Shown in pieces: positions 10,418 to 20,745 of a DNA stretch of 64,000 nucleotides. Each line of letters opens with the position of its first letter. Position 1 is the first letter of the stretch. The notes under the pieces were generated by a model, which worked only from the letters and a program-made list of their open reading frames with translations, made no database searches and was not told where the DNA came from. The stretch covers positions 670-64,669 of the forward strand of contig CAVXPJ010000006.1 of the NCBI GenBank assembly GCA_963763605.1, written 5' to 3'. The DNA is from an uncultured Acidobacteriaceae bacterium. Lineage in GTDB: Bacteria > Acidobacteriota > Terriglobia > Terriglobales > Acidobacteriaceae. Made by a program: the position numbers and the translations under genes.

Positions 10418-10998
10418 AGGGATTCCCCGAGTTGCGGCTGCAGGAGTTGACGGAGGGTGCGGCGGGCGCGAGAGATGCGCGACATGACGGTGCCGATGGG
10501 GACGTCGAGGATGACGGCGATGTCCTTGTACTTGATCTCTTCGACGTCACAGAGGAGGAGGACTTCGCGGAGCTGCGGCTGAAGCTGCTCGAGCGCGATG
10601 TGGAGAGCGGCTTCGTTGTCGAGGCGAAGGAGGATGTCTTCCGGTGTGGGGCCGGAAGCGGTGGTGTCGAGTGTCTCGGGTTGGTCTTCTAGGAAGACGG
10701 TGCGGGAGGCAGCGATGCCGGTGCGCGTGGTGAGGAAGGTGTTGCGGAGGATGCGGAAGATCCATGCCTTGAAGTTGGTGCCGGGCTGAAAGGAGTCGAA
10801 GGCGCGGAGGGATTTGGTGAAGGTCTCCTGCACGAGATCTTCGGCTTCGGCCTGATTGCGAGTGAGCCAGAAGGCGTGGTTGTAGAGCGAGGCGAAGAGC
10901 GGGAGCGCGAGTTGTTCGAAGTCTGCGCTGCGAGTGATGGTGGACGGCATGGTGCGGAGCGCCTCGGTGTGCCAGAGGGGGTGGGGTTGCGGCGACAC
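10414..10998 (-). CDS. ECF (sigma-70 family, group IV) RNA polymerase sigma factor
   Basis: Region 2 (AEDLVQETFTKSLRAFDSF...WIFRILRNTF) and region 4 (YKDIAVILDVPIGTVMSRISRARRTL) motifs. Start uncertain (GTG 10998 or ATG 10950). Confidence 0.9.
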   Translation of the reverse strand: MSPQPHPLWHTEALRTMPSTITRSADFEQLALPLFASLYNHAFWLTRNQAEAEDLVQETFTKSLRAFDSFQPGTNFKAWIFRILRNTFLTTRTGIAASRTVFLEDQPETLDTTASGPTPEDILLRLDNEAALHIALEQLQPQLREVLLLCDVEEIKYKDIAVILDVPIGTVMSRISRARRTLRQLLQPQLGESL

Positions 10999-11145
10999 AG
11001 CGGAAGAGCCCGGCAGGCAATAAGCTGTTGACCATCGCTACCGTAAACCGAATCGCAGACTGATTATTCCACGAATTATTTACGGTTCGTGGGAATAAAA
11101 ACTGGCCGAGGCAGTTTAGGGCAGTGCAGGCAATCAGAGATCTAA

Positions 11146-12156
11146 ATGGAGATCAATATGAATCGGTTTAAGGAAGACGAAGTGGTGCAGGAGAATGAAC
11201 GGGTTGCGACGACTGCAGGCGATGGAATTGACCGGCGCAATTTTCTGGGGTGCATGGCGTGGGCAGGCACAGGACTGCTGTGGTCGATGGCTGGCGGCGT
11301 GCCAACGTCGAAGCTGCTGGCGCAGACGCTGAAGAGTGGCGGCGCTGGAGTGGGGAAGGTGGAGGACTTTTCGTTTGTGCAGATCAGCGACTGCCACATC
11401 GGATTCAACAAAGGCGCAAACCCGGATGTAACCGGAACACTAAAGAAGGCTATTGACAGAGCAAACATGGTTCCTGCGGGCATGAAGGCTCCGGATTTCA
11501 TGCTTCACACCGGCGACATTACGCAGAACTCGAAGGCTGCGGAGTTTGATACGGCGGCGGAGGTGATCAAGGGCTTCAAGAGCGATGTGTTCTATGTTCC
11601 GGGCGAGCACGATTTCATCGACGATGGCGAGCAGTACAAGCAGCGCTTCGGAAAGGGCACCGTGGGTAATGGCTGGTACAGCCATAATCACAAGGGCGTT
11701 CACTTTGTGGGCTTGAACAACTGCGTGCAGGTGGATGCGATGGGCAATATGGGCGCCGATCAACTGGCGTGGTTGAAGTCCGACCTGGCGGGGTTGAGCC
11801 GCTCGACGCCGATTGTGGTGTTTGCGCATATTCCGCTGTGGATGGTGTATGAGAAGTGGGGCTGGGGTACCAAGGATGGCGAGCAGGCGCTCGCGTTGCT
11901 GAAGCCGTTTGGATCGGTAACGGTACTGAATGGGCACATTCACCAGGTGGTACAGAAGGTGGAAGGCAACGTGGCGTTTCATACGGCAATGGCGACGGCG
12001 TTTCCGCAGCCTGCGCCGGGAGCTGCGCCGAATCCAGGGCCGATGGTGGTTCCGGCAGGCAAGCTGGAGAGCGTGCTGGGCGTGACGAAGGTGAAGGTTG
12101 TTCGCGGGCAAAGCCATCTCGCTGTCGTCGACTCGACGCTGGCGGAGGGTGTTTGA
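11146..12156 (+). CDS. Tat-exported metallophosphoesterase (calcineurin-like)
   Basis: Twin-arginine signal IDRRNFLGCMAWAGTGLL. Metallophos motifs ISDCHIG, HTGDITQ, VPGEHD, FAHIPL, NGHIHQ. An alternative ATG at 11158 has the better SD. Confidence 0.85.
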   Translation: MEINMNRFKEDEVVQENERVATTAGDGIDRRNFLGCMAWAGTGLLWSMAGGVPTSKLLAQTLKSGGAGVGKVEDFSFVQISDCHIGFNKGANPDVTGTLKKAIDRANMVPAGMKAPDFMLHTGDITQNSKAAEFDTAAEVIKGFKSDVFYVPGEHDFIDDGEQYKQRFGKGTVGNGWYSHNHKGVHFVGLNNCVQVDAMGNMGADQLAWLKSDLAGLSRSTPIVVFAHIPLWMVYEKWGWGTKDGEQALALLKPFGSVTVLNGHIHQVVQKVEGNVAFHTAMATAFPQPAPGAAPNPGPMVVPAGKLESVLGVTKVKVVRGQSHLAVVDSTLAEGV

Positions 12157-12918
12157 TGCGTGTGTGGATTGTGGCTTTAGTGATTGTTGTTGCGGTGATG
12201 GGTCTCGGATTTGTGCATCCGTTTGGAGATCCGCGTGTCGAGCCTCGAAAGGGGCTCGGCACGCTGCTGCAGGGTGCGAAGATGCCGATGGATGCGAAGG
12301 TAGTGCTGGTGACCAAGTGCGCGGATTGCCATTCGAGCGAGACGCGATGGCCGGTGTATGCGCGGGTTGCGCCGGGGTCGTGGCTGATCGAGCGAGACAT
12401 CATCGATGCGCGCAAGAAGATGAACCTGTCGCAATGGGAGCAGATGCCGGAGGAGAAACAGCAGTTGCTGATGGCGAAGATTGTTGAGGAGGCGAAGACG
12501 GGAGATATGCCTCCGCTGCAGTATCTGGCGGTGCATTGGGATGCGAAGCTCTCGAAGGCTGATTTGCAGGCGCTTTCGATGCTGGGTAAGACTGCGGGGG
12601 GTGGTGAGGCGGCTTTGGGTGGAGCAGGCGATGCGGTGCGCGGCAAGGCGGTTTTTGAGAAGCGCTGTACGGGATGCCATGCGATGGAGGTCGGATCGCG
12701 AAGGACCGAGGCTGAAGGGAGTGTTTGGAAGAAAAGCTGGGAGTGTGGCGGGGTTTACTTATTCTGCGGGGTTGAAGAGCTCCGGGTTGACGTGGAATGA
12801 GGCGACGCTGGAGAGATGGTTGAGCGACCCGGACATGGTGGTGAAGGATAACAATATGAGCTTTAGCGTTGCGAAGGCGCAGGAGCGGCAGGATTTGATC
12901 GCTTATTTGAAGCAGTAG
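12156..12918 (+). pseudogene. Membrane-anchored c-type cytochrome (Haem_bd domain plus class I cytochrome c), frame disrupted at about 12693
   Basis: ATG overlaps the upstream stop (TGATG). N-terminal TM. CADCH and CTGCH haem motifs. After CTGCHAMEV the conserved continuation DREGPRLKGVFGRKAGSVAGFTYS...LIAYLK is in the +1 frame (extra base at GG 12693-12694). Confidence 0.75.
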
Positions 12919-12949
12919 AAGAGGTTTACCTCGAGCCAGGGAGAATCGT

Positions 12950-13390
12950 ATGTCAGATTGGCTGAACGAAGTGATCGGCGACGATCTGGTAACTGTCTAC
13001 GAAGGTCTGGATGCGACAGAAGAAGCTCTGATGTGGCTTCGGCAAAAGCCTCGCACCTTCGGCGAGTTGCGTTCGGAGGACATCGATTGGCTGCGGTGGA
13101 TGGCAGCCAACATCCATGACCAGGATCTACTGGAGAAGATGTCGCAGGATGCTGACTCCGATGTCCGCATGTGGGTGGCGTGCAATCCGATGACGCCGGA
13201 GGCGGTACTGAGCAAGCTCGCCGAAGATCCGGTTGTCTTCGTTCGCAGAGGAGTTGCCCAGAATACCGGCACGGGGGCGCCCTTATTGGCGAGACTTGGC
13301 TACCATGATCCTGACTTCGTCGTCCGGGCATTGGCTCTGTGGAACAGCAGCAATATGACGCCTGCGTTCTACCGGCAACAGACGAATTAG
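12950..13390 (+). CDS. Leucine-rich-repeat-variant (LRV)/HEAT-like repeat protein
   Basis: Repeats of the D.D..VR..VA.NP.TP...L..LA form (DADSDVRMWVACNPMTPEAVLSKLAEDPVVFVRRGVAQN). SD gggaga upstream. Confidence 0.6.
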   Translation: MSDWLNEVIGDDLVTVYEGLDATEEALMWLRQKPRTFGELRSEDIDWLRWMAANIHDQDLLEKMSQDADSDVRMWVACNPMTPEAVLSKLAEDPVVFVRRGVAQNTGTGAPLLARLGYHDPDFVVRALALWNSSNMTPAFYRQQTN

Positions 13391-13539
13391 ACGTTTTTGG
13401 GCAAGTGGATATGGACTTGTGTTGCTGGAGGAGGCTCCCATGCAACTTCGGTGGGATGGGGTGTTCGCGCAACTTTTCAGGGAAGGATGGGTATTGCAGG
13501 TTGCGTGCGGCATAAATGCCGACCAAGGAGAACGAAAAA

Positions 13540-14004
13540 ATGTTGAACAAGGTACGATGGATGGTACTGGCAGCTGGACTTTTTGCAGCAACAGCACCGA
13601 TGACGATGCAGGCACAGCAGGTTCCAGGGCCACACCCGGCTTATCTGCATGCGTTGAGCGACCTGCGCGCGGCGCGTCACTACCTGAATGATGCCTGGGC
13701 ATGGGCTCCGGTGAAACATGACGACAACGAGGCGATTCGCGAGATCGATGCGGCGATCAACGAGATCAAGAAGGCCTCGATCGATGATGGTAAAGGCTTG
13801 AATGATCCGTTTTCGATCGATACCCACCTGAGCCCGCATGACCGTTTCCGCAAGGCGAACGAGCTGCTGTGGTCGGCGCATAACGATCTGTCGCGGGCCG
13901 AGGATGTGCCTGCTTCGCGTGGACTGCGTGACCGTGCCATCGGACATGTAGACCGTGCGCACCAGATTGTGGATGCGGCGGAGCGGACGGCGCACTGGGA
14001 GTAG
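13540..14004 (+). CDS. Secreted helical protein of unknown function
   Basis: AAGGAG 9 nt upstream of the ATG. Signal peptide MLNKVRWMVLAAGLFAATAPMTMQAQ. No family recognised. Confidence 0.6.
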   Translation: MLNKVRWMVLAAGLFAATAPMTMQAQQVPGPHPAYLHALSDLRAARHYLNDAWAWAPVKHDDNEAIREIDAAINEIKKASIDDGKGLNDPFSIDTHLSPHDRFRKANELLWSAHNDLSRAEDVPASRGLRDRAIGHVDRAHQIVDAAERTAHWE

Positions 14005-14019
14005 TTTGTTGCGTGTGTG

Positions 14020-14050
14020 AAAGAGGCGCGGCCAAAGCCGCGCCTCTTTT
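14020..14050. terminator. Hairpin terminator
   Basis: aaagaggcgcggc-caaa-gccgcgcctcttt stem followed by ttta. Lies between the convergent 14004 (+) and tsf (-) ends. A second imperfect hairpin built on two gcccgggc palindromes sits at 14101-14140, next to the tsf stop. Confidence 0.7.
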
Positions 14051-14157
14051 TATTTAGGGAGACCCTGACTCAAGCCCGCAAGCGATCGCGTCAGGAGTAA
14101 AACACAGCAGCCCGGGCTGCTGGCCCGGGCTTTGTGTGTTTTGAGAAGGAACTGGAT

Positions 14158-14820
14158 TTAGGCAGAGGCTTCTTCGGTGGTTGCGGCCTTGGCCTGGGCT
14201 ACGGTCCAGTCGGGTGCGCCTACCTTGAAGCGGGCGAAGCGGCGGACGCTGATGTTTTCGCCGAGCTTGGCGACCTTGGTGGCGATGAGCTGCGCGATGG
14301 TCTGCGAGGCTTCCTTGATGAAGGGCTGATCGAGGAGGCAGAACTCTTCGTAGAACTTGGCAAGCTTGCCTTCGAGCATCTTCTCGACGATGTTGGCCGG
14401 CTTGCCGGAGGCCGCGGCCTGAGCGCGGTAGACATCCTTCTCGCGCTCGATGTCGGCTTCGGTGACGTCTTCGCGGCTGACGAAGCGCGGGTCGACGGCG
14501 GCGATGTGCATGGCGACGTCGCGGAGCAGCTCCTGGAAGTCGTCGGTGCGGGCGACGAAGTCGGACTCGCAGTTGAGCTCGATGAGAACGCCGATCTTGC
14601 CGCCGGCGTGGATGTAGGTTCCGACTGCACCCTCATTGGTGGTGCGTGAGGCCTTCTTGGCAGCCGAAGCCATGCCGCGCTTGCGGAGGACGACGAAGGC
14701 GTCTTCCATGTTGCCCTTTGCTTCCTGAAGGGCCTTGAGGCAGTCACCCATGGGGGCGCCGGACTTTTCGCGGAGTTCCTTGACTTGCTTTGCGTCGATT
14801 TTTACCTGGGTATCGCTCAT
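14158..14820 (-). CDS. tsf: Translation elongation factor Ts (short form)
   Basis: KELREKSGAPMGDCLKALQEAKGNMEDA UBA-like N-terminus, IELNCESDFVARTDDF core. ATG 14820 has aagga upstream (the ORF track starts 4 codons earlier at GTG). Confidence 0.95.
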   Translation of the reverse strand: MSDTQVKIDAKQVKELREKSGAPMGDCLKALQEAKGNMEDAFVVLRKRGMASAAKKASRTTNEGAVGTYIHAGGKIGVLIELNCESDFVARTDDFQELLRDVAMHIAAVDPRFVSREDVTEADIEREKDVYRAQAAASGKPANIVEKMLEGKLAKFYEEFCLLDQPFIKEASQTIAQLIATKVAKLGENISVRRFARFKVGAPDWTVAQAKAATTEEASA

Positions 14821-14956
14821 GGTGGTGTTCACAATCCTTGTGGTTGATGATGCAGCGTGAGTGTTAATGGGTCATTGACACATGCAGAAAGAGCGTGGCG
14901 CCGAATTCGCTTTCGCGGGCTGCCACGCTCCACTGCAGTGAGTGTTCGTGACTGCC

Positions 14957-15892
<936 letters not shown>

Positions 15893-16069
15893 TGTAGCTC
15901 CTTGGTTGAGGCGGCCGAGTGTGAGCATCGGTGCCTGGATTGATCCTTTGCCTGAGACCGGCTCGGGAGATTTGACTCCTTGCCTCCGGCGCAAGATCTT
16001 CCGGAGGGTGTAGCAAATGACTTGGGGTTGTCTCTCCTTCGCTTCCCATCAGCGAAACGAAAGAGAGAG

Positions 16070-16200
16070 CATACCCCAGGGGCTAAAGCCCCCTAATTCC
16101 TATTCGCTCCCAGAGGGCCAAGGAGACCCAACGCTAAAGCGTCGGGCTACCAACCCTGGCTTACCTAGAAGCAAAAACTGAAGCCTTCCAAGTTCAACGC
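16070..16200. repeat. Intergenic hairpin-repeat cluster (GGCTAAAGCC family)
   Basis: cataccccaggggctaaagcccc, cgctaaagcg and ttacctagaagca modules. The same modules recur at 16620-16740 and 55826-55904. Confidence 0.6.
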
Positions 16201-16208
16201 AATAACAA

Positions 16209-16604
16209 TTAGCGTTTGCTGAACTGGAAGCGAGCGCGAGCGCCCTTCTGACCGTACTTCTTGCGCTCTTTACCACGCGAGTCGCGGGTAACGAGGCCTT
16301 CTGCCTTGAGCGCCTTGCGGAGCTCGGGGTTGAAAACCATGAGGGCGCGAGCGATGCCGAGCTTGACGGCATCGGCCTGTCCCATGACGCCGCCACCCTT
16401 TACGGTGGTGATGACGTCGAAGGTCTCGCCGATGTCGGCGATGCCGAGTGACCGCTTGGCGGCTGCGCGCTGTTGAGCGGTGACGAAGTAAACGTCACAC
16501 TCTTTTTTGTTGACGGTGAATTTGCCGCTGCCTGGACGCAGGAAGACGCGTGCGATCGAGGACTTGCGACGGCCGGTTCCGTAGTATTGAATCAGATCTG
16601 CCAT
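16209..16604 (-). CDS. rpsI: 30S ribosomal protein S9
   Basis: [21 protein letters not shown]...[17 protein letters not shown]. Confidence 0.95.
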   Translation of the reverse strand: MADLIQYYGTGRRKSSIARVFLRPGSGKFTVNKKECDVYFVTAQQRAAAKRSLGIADIGETFDVITTVKGGGVMGQADAVKLGIARALMVFNPELRKALKAEGLVTRDSRGKERKKYGQKGARARFQFSKR

Positions 16605-16619
16605 GGTGCTCCTTGAACT

Positions 16620-16740
16620 TGTACAAGCCCGGGGCTAAAGCCCCGTGCTTTGGCCCGTAGTTGTCCAGTGGGCTAAAGCCCGGACCTACCTAAAACCAAC
16701 TGTCTCAATGGCTAAAGCTGCCGTTGAACGAAACTGATCT
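16620..16740. repeat. Intergenic hairpin-repeat cluster (GGCTAAAGCC family) between rplM and rpsI
   Basis: ggggctaaagcccc (16631-16644), gggctaaagccc (16670-16681), ggctaaagc (16711-16719) and acctacctaaaacc modules. Confidence 0.6.
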
Positions 16741-16743
16741 ACG

Positions 16744-17256
16744 CTAGCCTTCGAGCTTCGGATGCTCCTGATGAGGGTGCGCCGGCACCATCACTTTGGA
16801 GGTGAGCACCTTGGGTGCGTTGGAGGCGTGGAAGTCCATGGCGACAGGCTGCTGCGCGAGGTGCGGATGCTGGCTGCCCTTGTAGACCTTGAGCTTGGTG
16901 GCCATCTGGCGACCCATCTTGGACTTGGGAAGCATGCCCTTGACGGCCTGCTCGACGATGGCTTCGGGGCGACGGGCGAGAAGCTTGATGAACGACTCTT
17001 CGCGGAGACCACCGGGGAAGCCGGTGTAGCGGCGATAGAGCTTCTGGTCAGACTTGAGGCCGGTCAGCACGATCTTCTCGGCATTGATGATAATGACGTG
17101 ATCGCCCATATCGATGTAGGGGGTGTAGAGGACGTTGAGCTTGCCGGCGAGGATGGAGGCGGCCTGGGTGGCGAGACGGCCGAGCGTTTTGCCGCTGGCG
17201 TCGAGTATGAACCACTTGCGCTTAATATCTTTGCCGCTCGGAATGGTGGTGGACAT
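16744..17256 (-). CDS. rplM: 50S ribosomal protein L13 with a C-terminal extension
   Basis: [39 protein letters not shown]... L13 core, plus an extra His/Pro-rich tail of about 25 aa. Start taken at the internal ATG 17256. Confidence 0.95.
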   Translation of the reverse strand: MSTTIPSGKDIKRKWFILDASGKTLGRLATQAASILAGKLNVLYTPYIDMGDHVIIINAEKIVLTGLKSDQKLYRRYTGFPGGLREESFIKLLARRPEAIVEQAVKGMLPKSKMGRQMATKLKVYKGSQHPHLAQQPVAMDFHASNAPKVLTSKVMVPAHPHQEHPKLEG

Positions 17257-17610
17257 CGTTGGGTTACTCCCTGATTCTGCCGTCTTCAATGTTCGGCGTG
17301 TTCCATGAAGAAAGTGGTGCCAGGTTGGTAGTTCGTGAGGTGCGAAAGAACGATTGCTCCAGAGCAGGGCGGCGTGGCGAAGGAAGAGACGAGTTTCCTC
17401 TTCACAACACGCGGCAGTGAGACCGCTTGACCTGGACTACGCACAAGACCTATGGGATGGGTGCTTCAGGGACGGCTCCTACGAGCTACTCCCCAGTGGA
17501 TCCACCACGGATGCCTCGGGTGACTGCTTGGCCTGGGAACAGTGCAGACACAGACATACAGACGCGAGACTGCGCGAGATTTTAAGTCTATCGGGGGTAC
17601 AGGCGCCCCG

Positions 17611-19553
17611 TCAAGGGTTATTGCCCGCATTTACAGCCGGTTCTGTGGGTTGGGCGGGGACGGCGAGGTCGAGGACGTACATTTGATCATCGTCATAGAG
17701 ATGGCGGCGGGTACGGGCGAGTTCGGCGAATTGCTGGTGGGAGCGCCAGGCGATCGCATATTCGCTATGAACCCATTGGGTTCTGCCGGGGTCGGCGAGG
17801 ACGGATGGGGCGAGGATGTCTAAATCGACAAAGTTTGCGTGGTCATAGACAAGGTAGCGGAGGTTGTTGGCGAGAAGGTAACGGGCCAACCCGTCGCCGT
17901 TCAGACGGGAGGGCCAGCCGGGGGGGATGCTGGCAGCACCGGGGAAATCGGCGACCTTGATGTCGTGAGAACGGAAGTCGAGGAGAAAACTATCTTTGAC
18001 TGTGGCCAGGACGGAGCTATCGGTGGGAATCGCACGCTGCATGGCGGCATATTCAGCCTTTACGTCAGGCGAGACGATAGGGGTGTCAAAGAAGGAGAGC
18101 CGGAGGCTTCGGGGAATTTGCATGAACTCGTTGCTGAGCCTGTTGCCCCAGATGGAGATCGCTGCGACCACGGTAAGCGCAACCGTGCCGATCTCGAAGG
18201 AGACGCCACCGGGAAGTTTGGGAAGAGGCATTGGCACGACGACAGAATACGACGTAGAAGAGAATAATCGCAGGGAGCATGCACGGGTAGTTATAGCGGC
18301 GCACGGAGTCTCCGCCGGTGGCGATACCGACGAGCAGCGCGGCTGCAGAGGCAGCGACAGAGAGGGCAACAATAGCGTCTCCCGGTTCGTCGCGGTCGAC
18401 GAAAAACCATTCGAGAAGAAGTAAGAGAAGAAGAGGGATGCAAAAGGGAATGACCTTGTGCAGGATGACGTGAAGGCCGGCACCGGAGGGCGCAGGGTAG
18501 AGGCCGTAGGCGTCGTAGTGATAACCAAGACCGAGCGTGGGATAGAAGAAGGTAGCTGAGGCGTAGTGATTGGCAACCATCCAGGGCGCCATAACGACGA
18601 AAGCGCCGAGAACGGCGAACAGGAGAGTTTTACTCCCGGCAACGAAACCGTCTCTTCTCCAACGAAAAAAGGCGATGGATACGACGAAGATGACGCTATG
18701 AACCAGGTAGGTGGATTTCATGGAACTAATAGCGCCGGAGACCGCACCGAGAAGAAGACCAAAGAGAATACTGTTGGCGGGTAGAGCTTTGCGGTTTGCT
18801 GCAAGATAGACAAGACCGAAGAACAGAGCGCTGGGCAGAAGCACAAATGTGAGATTGAACTGAACCTGAGGAGTAAAGAGCACGAGAAAGGTAAAGACAG
18901 CCCGTTGTGCCGGAGTGAGTCGAAATGTGATGGCCAAACTATAGGACAGGAAGGCGAGCAGAATAAGGCCCAAAGTTCGATCAGCCATCTGGACATTCTC
19001 AAGCGGGAGAGCGATAAGGATCAGGGTCTGGAGGAAATAGTTGCCCCCGATGCTGGAGATGATGCGGCGCTCGCTGAAGGGGTCTGCAGCAAAGTGGTGG
19101 AGCTGAAGCATTTTGACTGGCGCGCCAAGATAATAGTTGTAGTCGTCGGAGGCCTGATACTGGCCTGCATGCACCGTTGCGCCTAGCCGGACAGCAAAGA
19201 TGAAGGCTACAAGAAACAGGAGGAATAGAACCGCGCGCGAGTATGGCAACGGAGGGTGAGAGCGGGTTGCCTGTGCTCCAGAATCGGTGATCGTGATTCG
19301 AAGCAGAATAGCCGCTACCAGGCCGAAGAGGACCAGGGACAGGAGTATGGGAATCGTGATGGCACGTACGAGGTTGAAGCAGCCCCCGAGAAAGATGACG
19401 ACGGCGAACTCCACTGATGGCAGCAAGTGAGACGGATGGACGGCGGAGGCCAAAGAGACGAAGAAGGGCGGCTCCATAGCCTGCGATCGAAACAAAAAGG
19501 AGAGCACACCACAGGAGCGCCTCAGCAAAATGCACAAGTGCAGCCATCGTCAT
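17611..19553 (-). pseudogene. Large polytopic membrane protein with a soluble C-terminal domain (GT-C-like?), at least 2 frame disruptions
   Basis: Three frame segments join sensibly: MTMAALVHFAEALLWCALLFVSIAGYG... (19553 down), then HPSHLLPSVEFAVVIFLGG...YNYPCMLPAIILFYVV, then VPMPLPKLPGGVSFEIGTVALTVVAAISIW...soluble domain. Breaks at about 19440-19470 and about 18236-18250. SDDYNYY acidic first-loop motif. Confidence 0.55.
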
Positions 19554-19776
19554 TCCATATCCTATGATCTGAAGTCGATAAGGCACAGAGCCCTGGGTAA
19601 CTACGTCGTTGTTTTGTCAGATTACATCAAGGTTGAGGGCTGCCCGTAACGCGAGGTAGTAACGGATACACGCAATTGACGATGCCGTCGCGGGAGCGGA
19701 GAGGCTATAGTGTGTAAATTTACCGTATGGCAGATAAATAGCTACAAACGAAAGAACACCAACATCAGGACTGACA

Positions 19777-20648
19777 GTGCGCCGCTTAACTTTTGCAGCC
19801 AGAATTTTATTGAACTATGGATCGGACAAGAACTGTCCCTTCTGTCGGTCGGAGAAGACCGATCTTCTTGCGCGAAAAAATCTGATTCTTCAACTGCGGA
19901 AATGCCGGAGCTGCAGCCTTATGTTTCGCTGGCCTAAGGAAACTCCTAGCTTCAGCGAGAAGTTTTATCAGCATTCTTACCAGGAAGTAAGCCACACTAC
20001 GGAACTGCCAGATCCGGCTACGCTGAATACTTTTATTGCCAATAACTTCGCAGGATCTCCAAAAGACTTTGCGGATCAGATTGGCGTGTTCAAGGCGTTT
20101 CTGTCGCAAGGGCGTGTTCTCGACTTTGGCTGCTCGTGGGGATACGGAATCCATCAGCTCAGGCAGGCCGGATATCGATGCCTTCGGTTTTGAAATCTCA
20201 CTGCCTCGAGCTGAACTCGGCCGTCGTCAGCTCGGCGTCGAAATTCTCGACAAACTTGAGGATCTGCAGCACATTGCTTCGCAGTCGGTCGATGGCATCT
20301 TCGCCTCCCATGTACTTCGAACACCTCCTCTCGCTGAAGGAGGTATTCGAACTCTTTGCGCGCATTCTGAGACCTGGCGGCGTTGTCTTCATCATGGTTC
20401 CGAACTCGGGGGAGAAGAAGGCGCTCGACCTCGGTATTCGACTGGAACGCGATGATCAACGAGAAACATACGCTTGCTCTTGAAGGCGAATTCTTTGAAA
20501 AGAATATGACCCCATTCGGCTTTAAGGTCAGGGCATTTTCCGACCGATGCAACGTCGCAGATCTCGGCGCGGCGCAGTTGACAATAACGGATCACTCTCT
20601 CTTGAGGGCGAGGAGCTCAGGGTGATCGGGCTAAGATCCTCAATGTGA
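19777..20648 (+). pseudogene. Zn-ribbon/class I SAM-dependent methyltransferase, at least 4 frame disruptions
   Basis: CPFCRS...CRSC zinc ribbon. VLDFGCSWGYG (motif I), then DAFGFEIS (motif II) in the next frame, then EHLLSLKEVFELFARILRPGGVVFIMVPN in the next, then FDWNAMINEKHTLALEGEFF and the LEGEELRVIG tail after further shifts (about 20170, 20325, 20445, 20600). AT-rich patch. Confidence 0.65.
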
Positions 20649-20745
20649 CACAAGAAGCAAAGCGAAGGCCGATAAAAATTACGATCTGATATGAGAAAAA
20701 AACTTGCTCCTGTAGAGCGAGTCGATGGTCTTTGCCTGCCAGCTG

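Noticed and set aside
17257-17610. 354-bp spacer upstream of rplM, examined for SRP RNA, RNase P RNA, tmRNA or an L13 leader.
   Set aside because: It has isolated similarities (ccaggt, gaaggaag) but lacks the contiguous conserved cores (GGAAGGAAGCAGCC for SRP RNA, GAGGAAAGTCC for RNase P). No confident RNA call is possible by eye.
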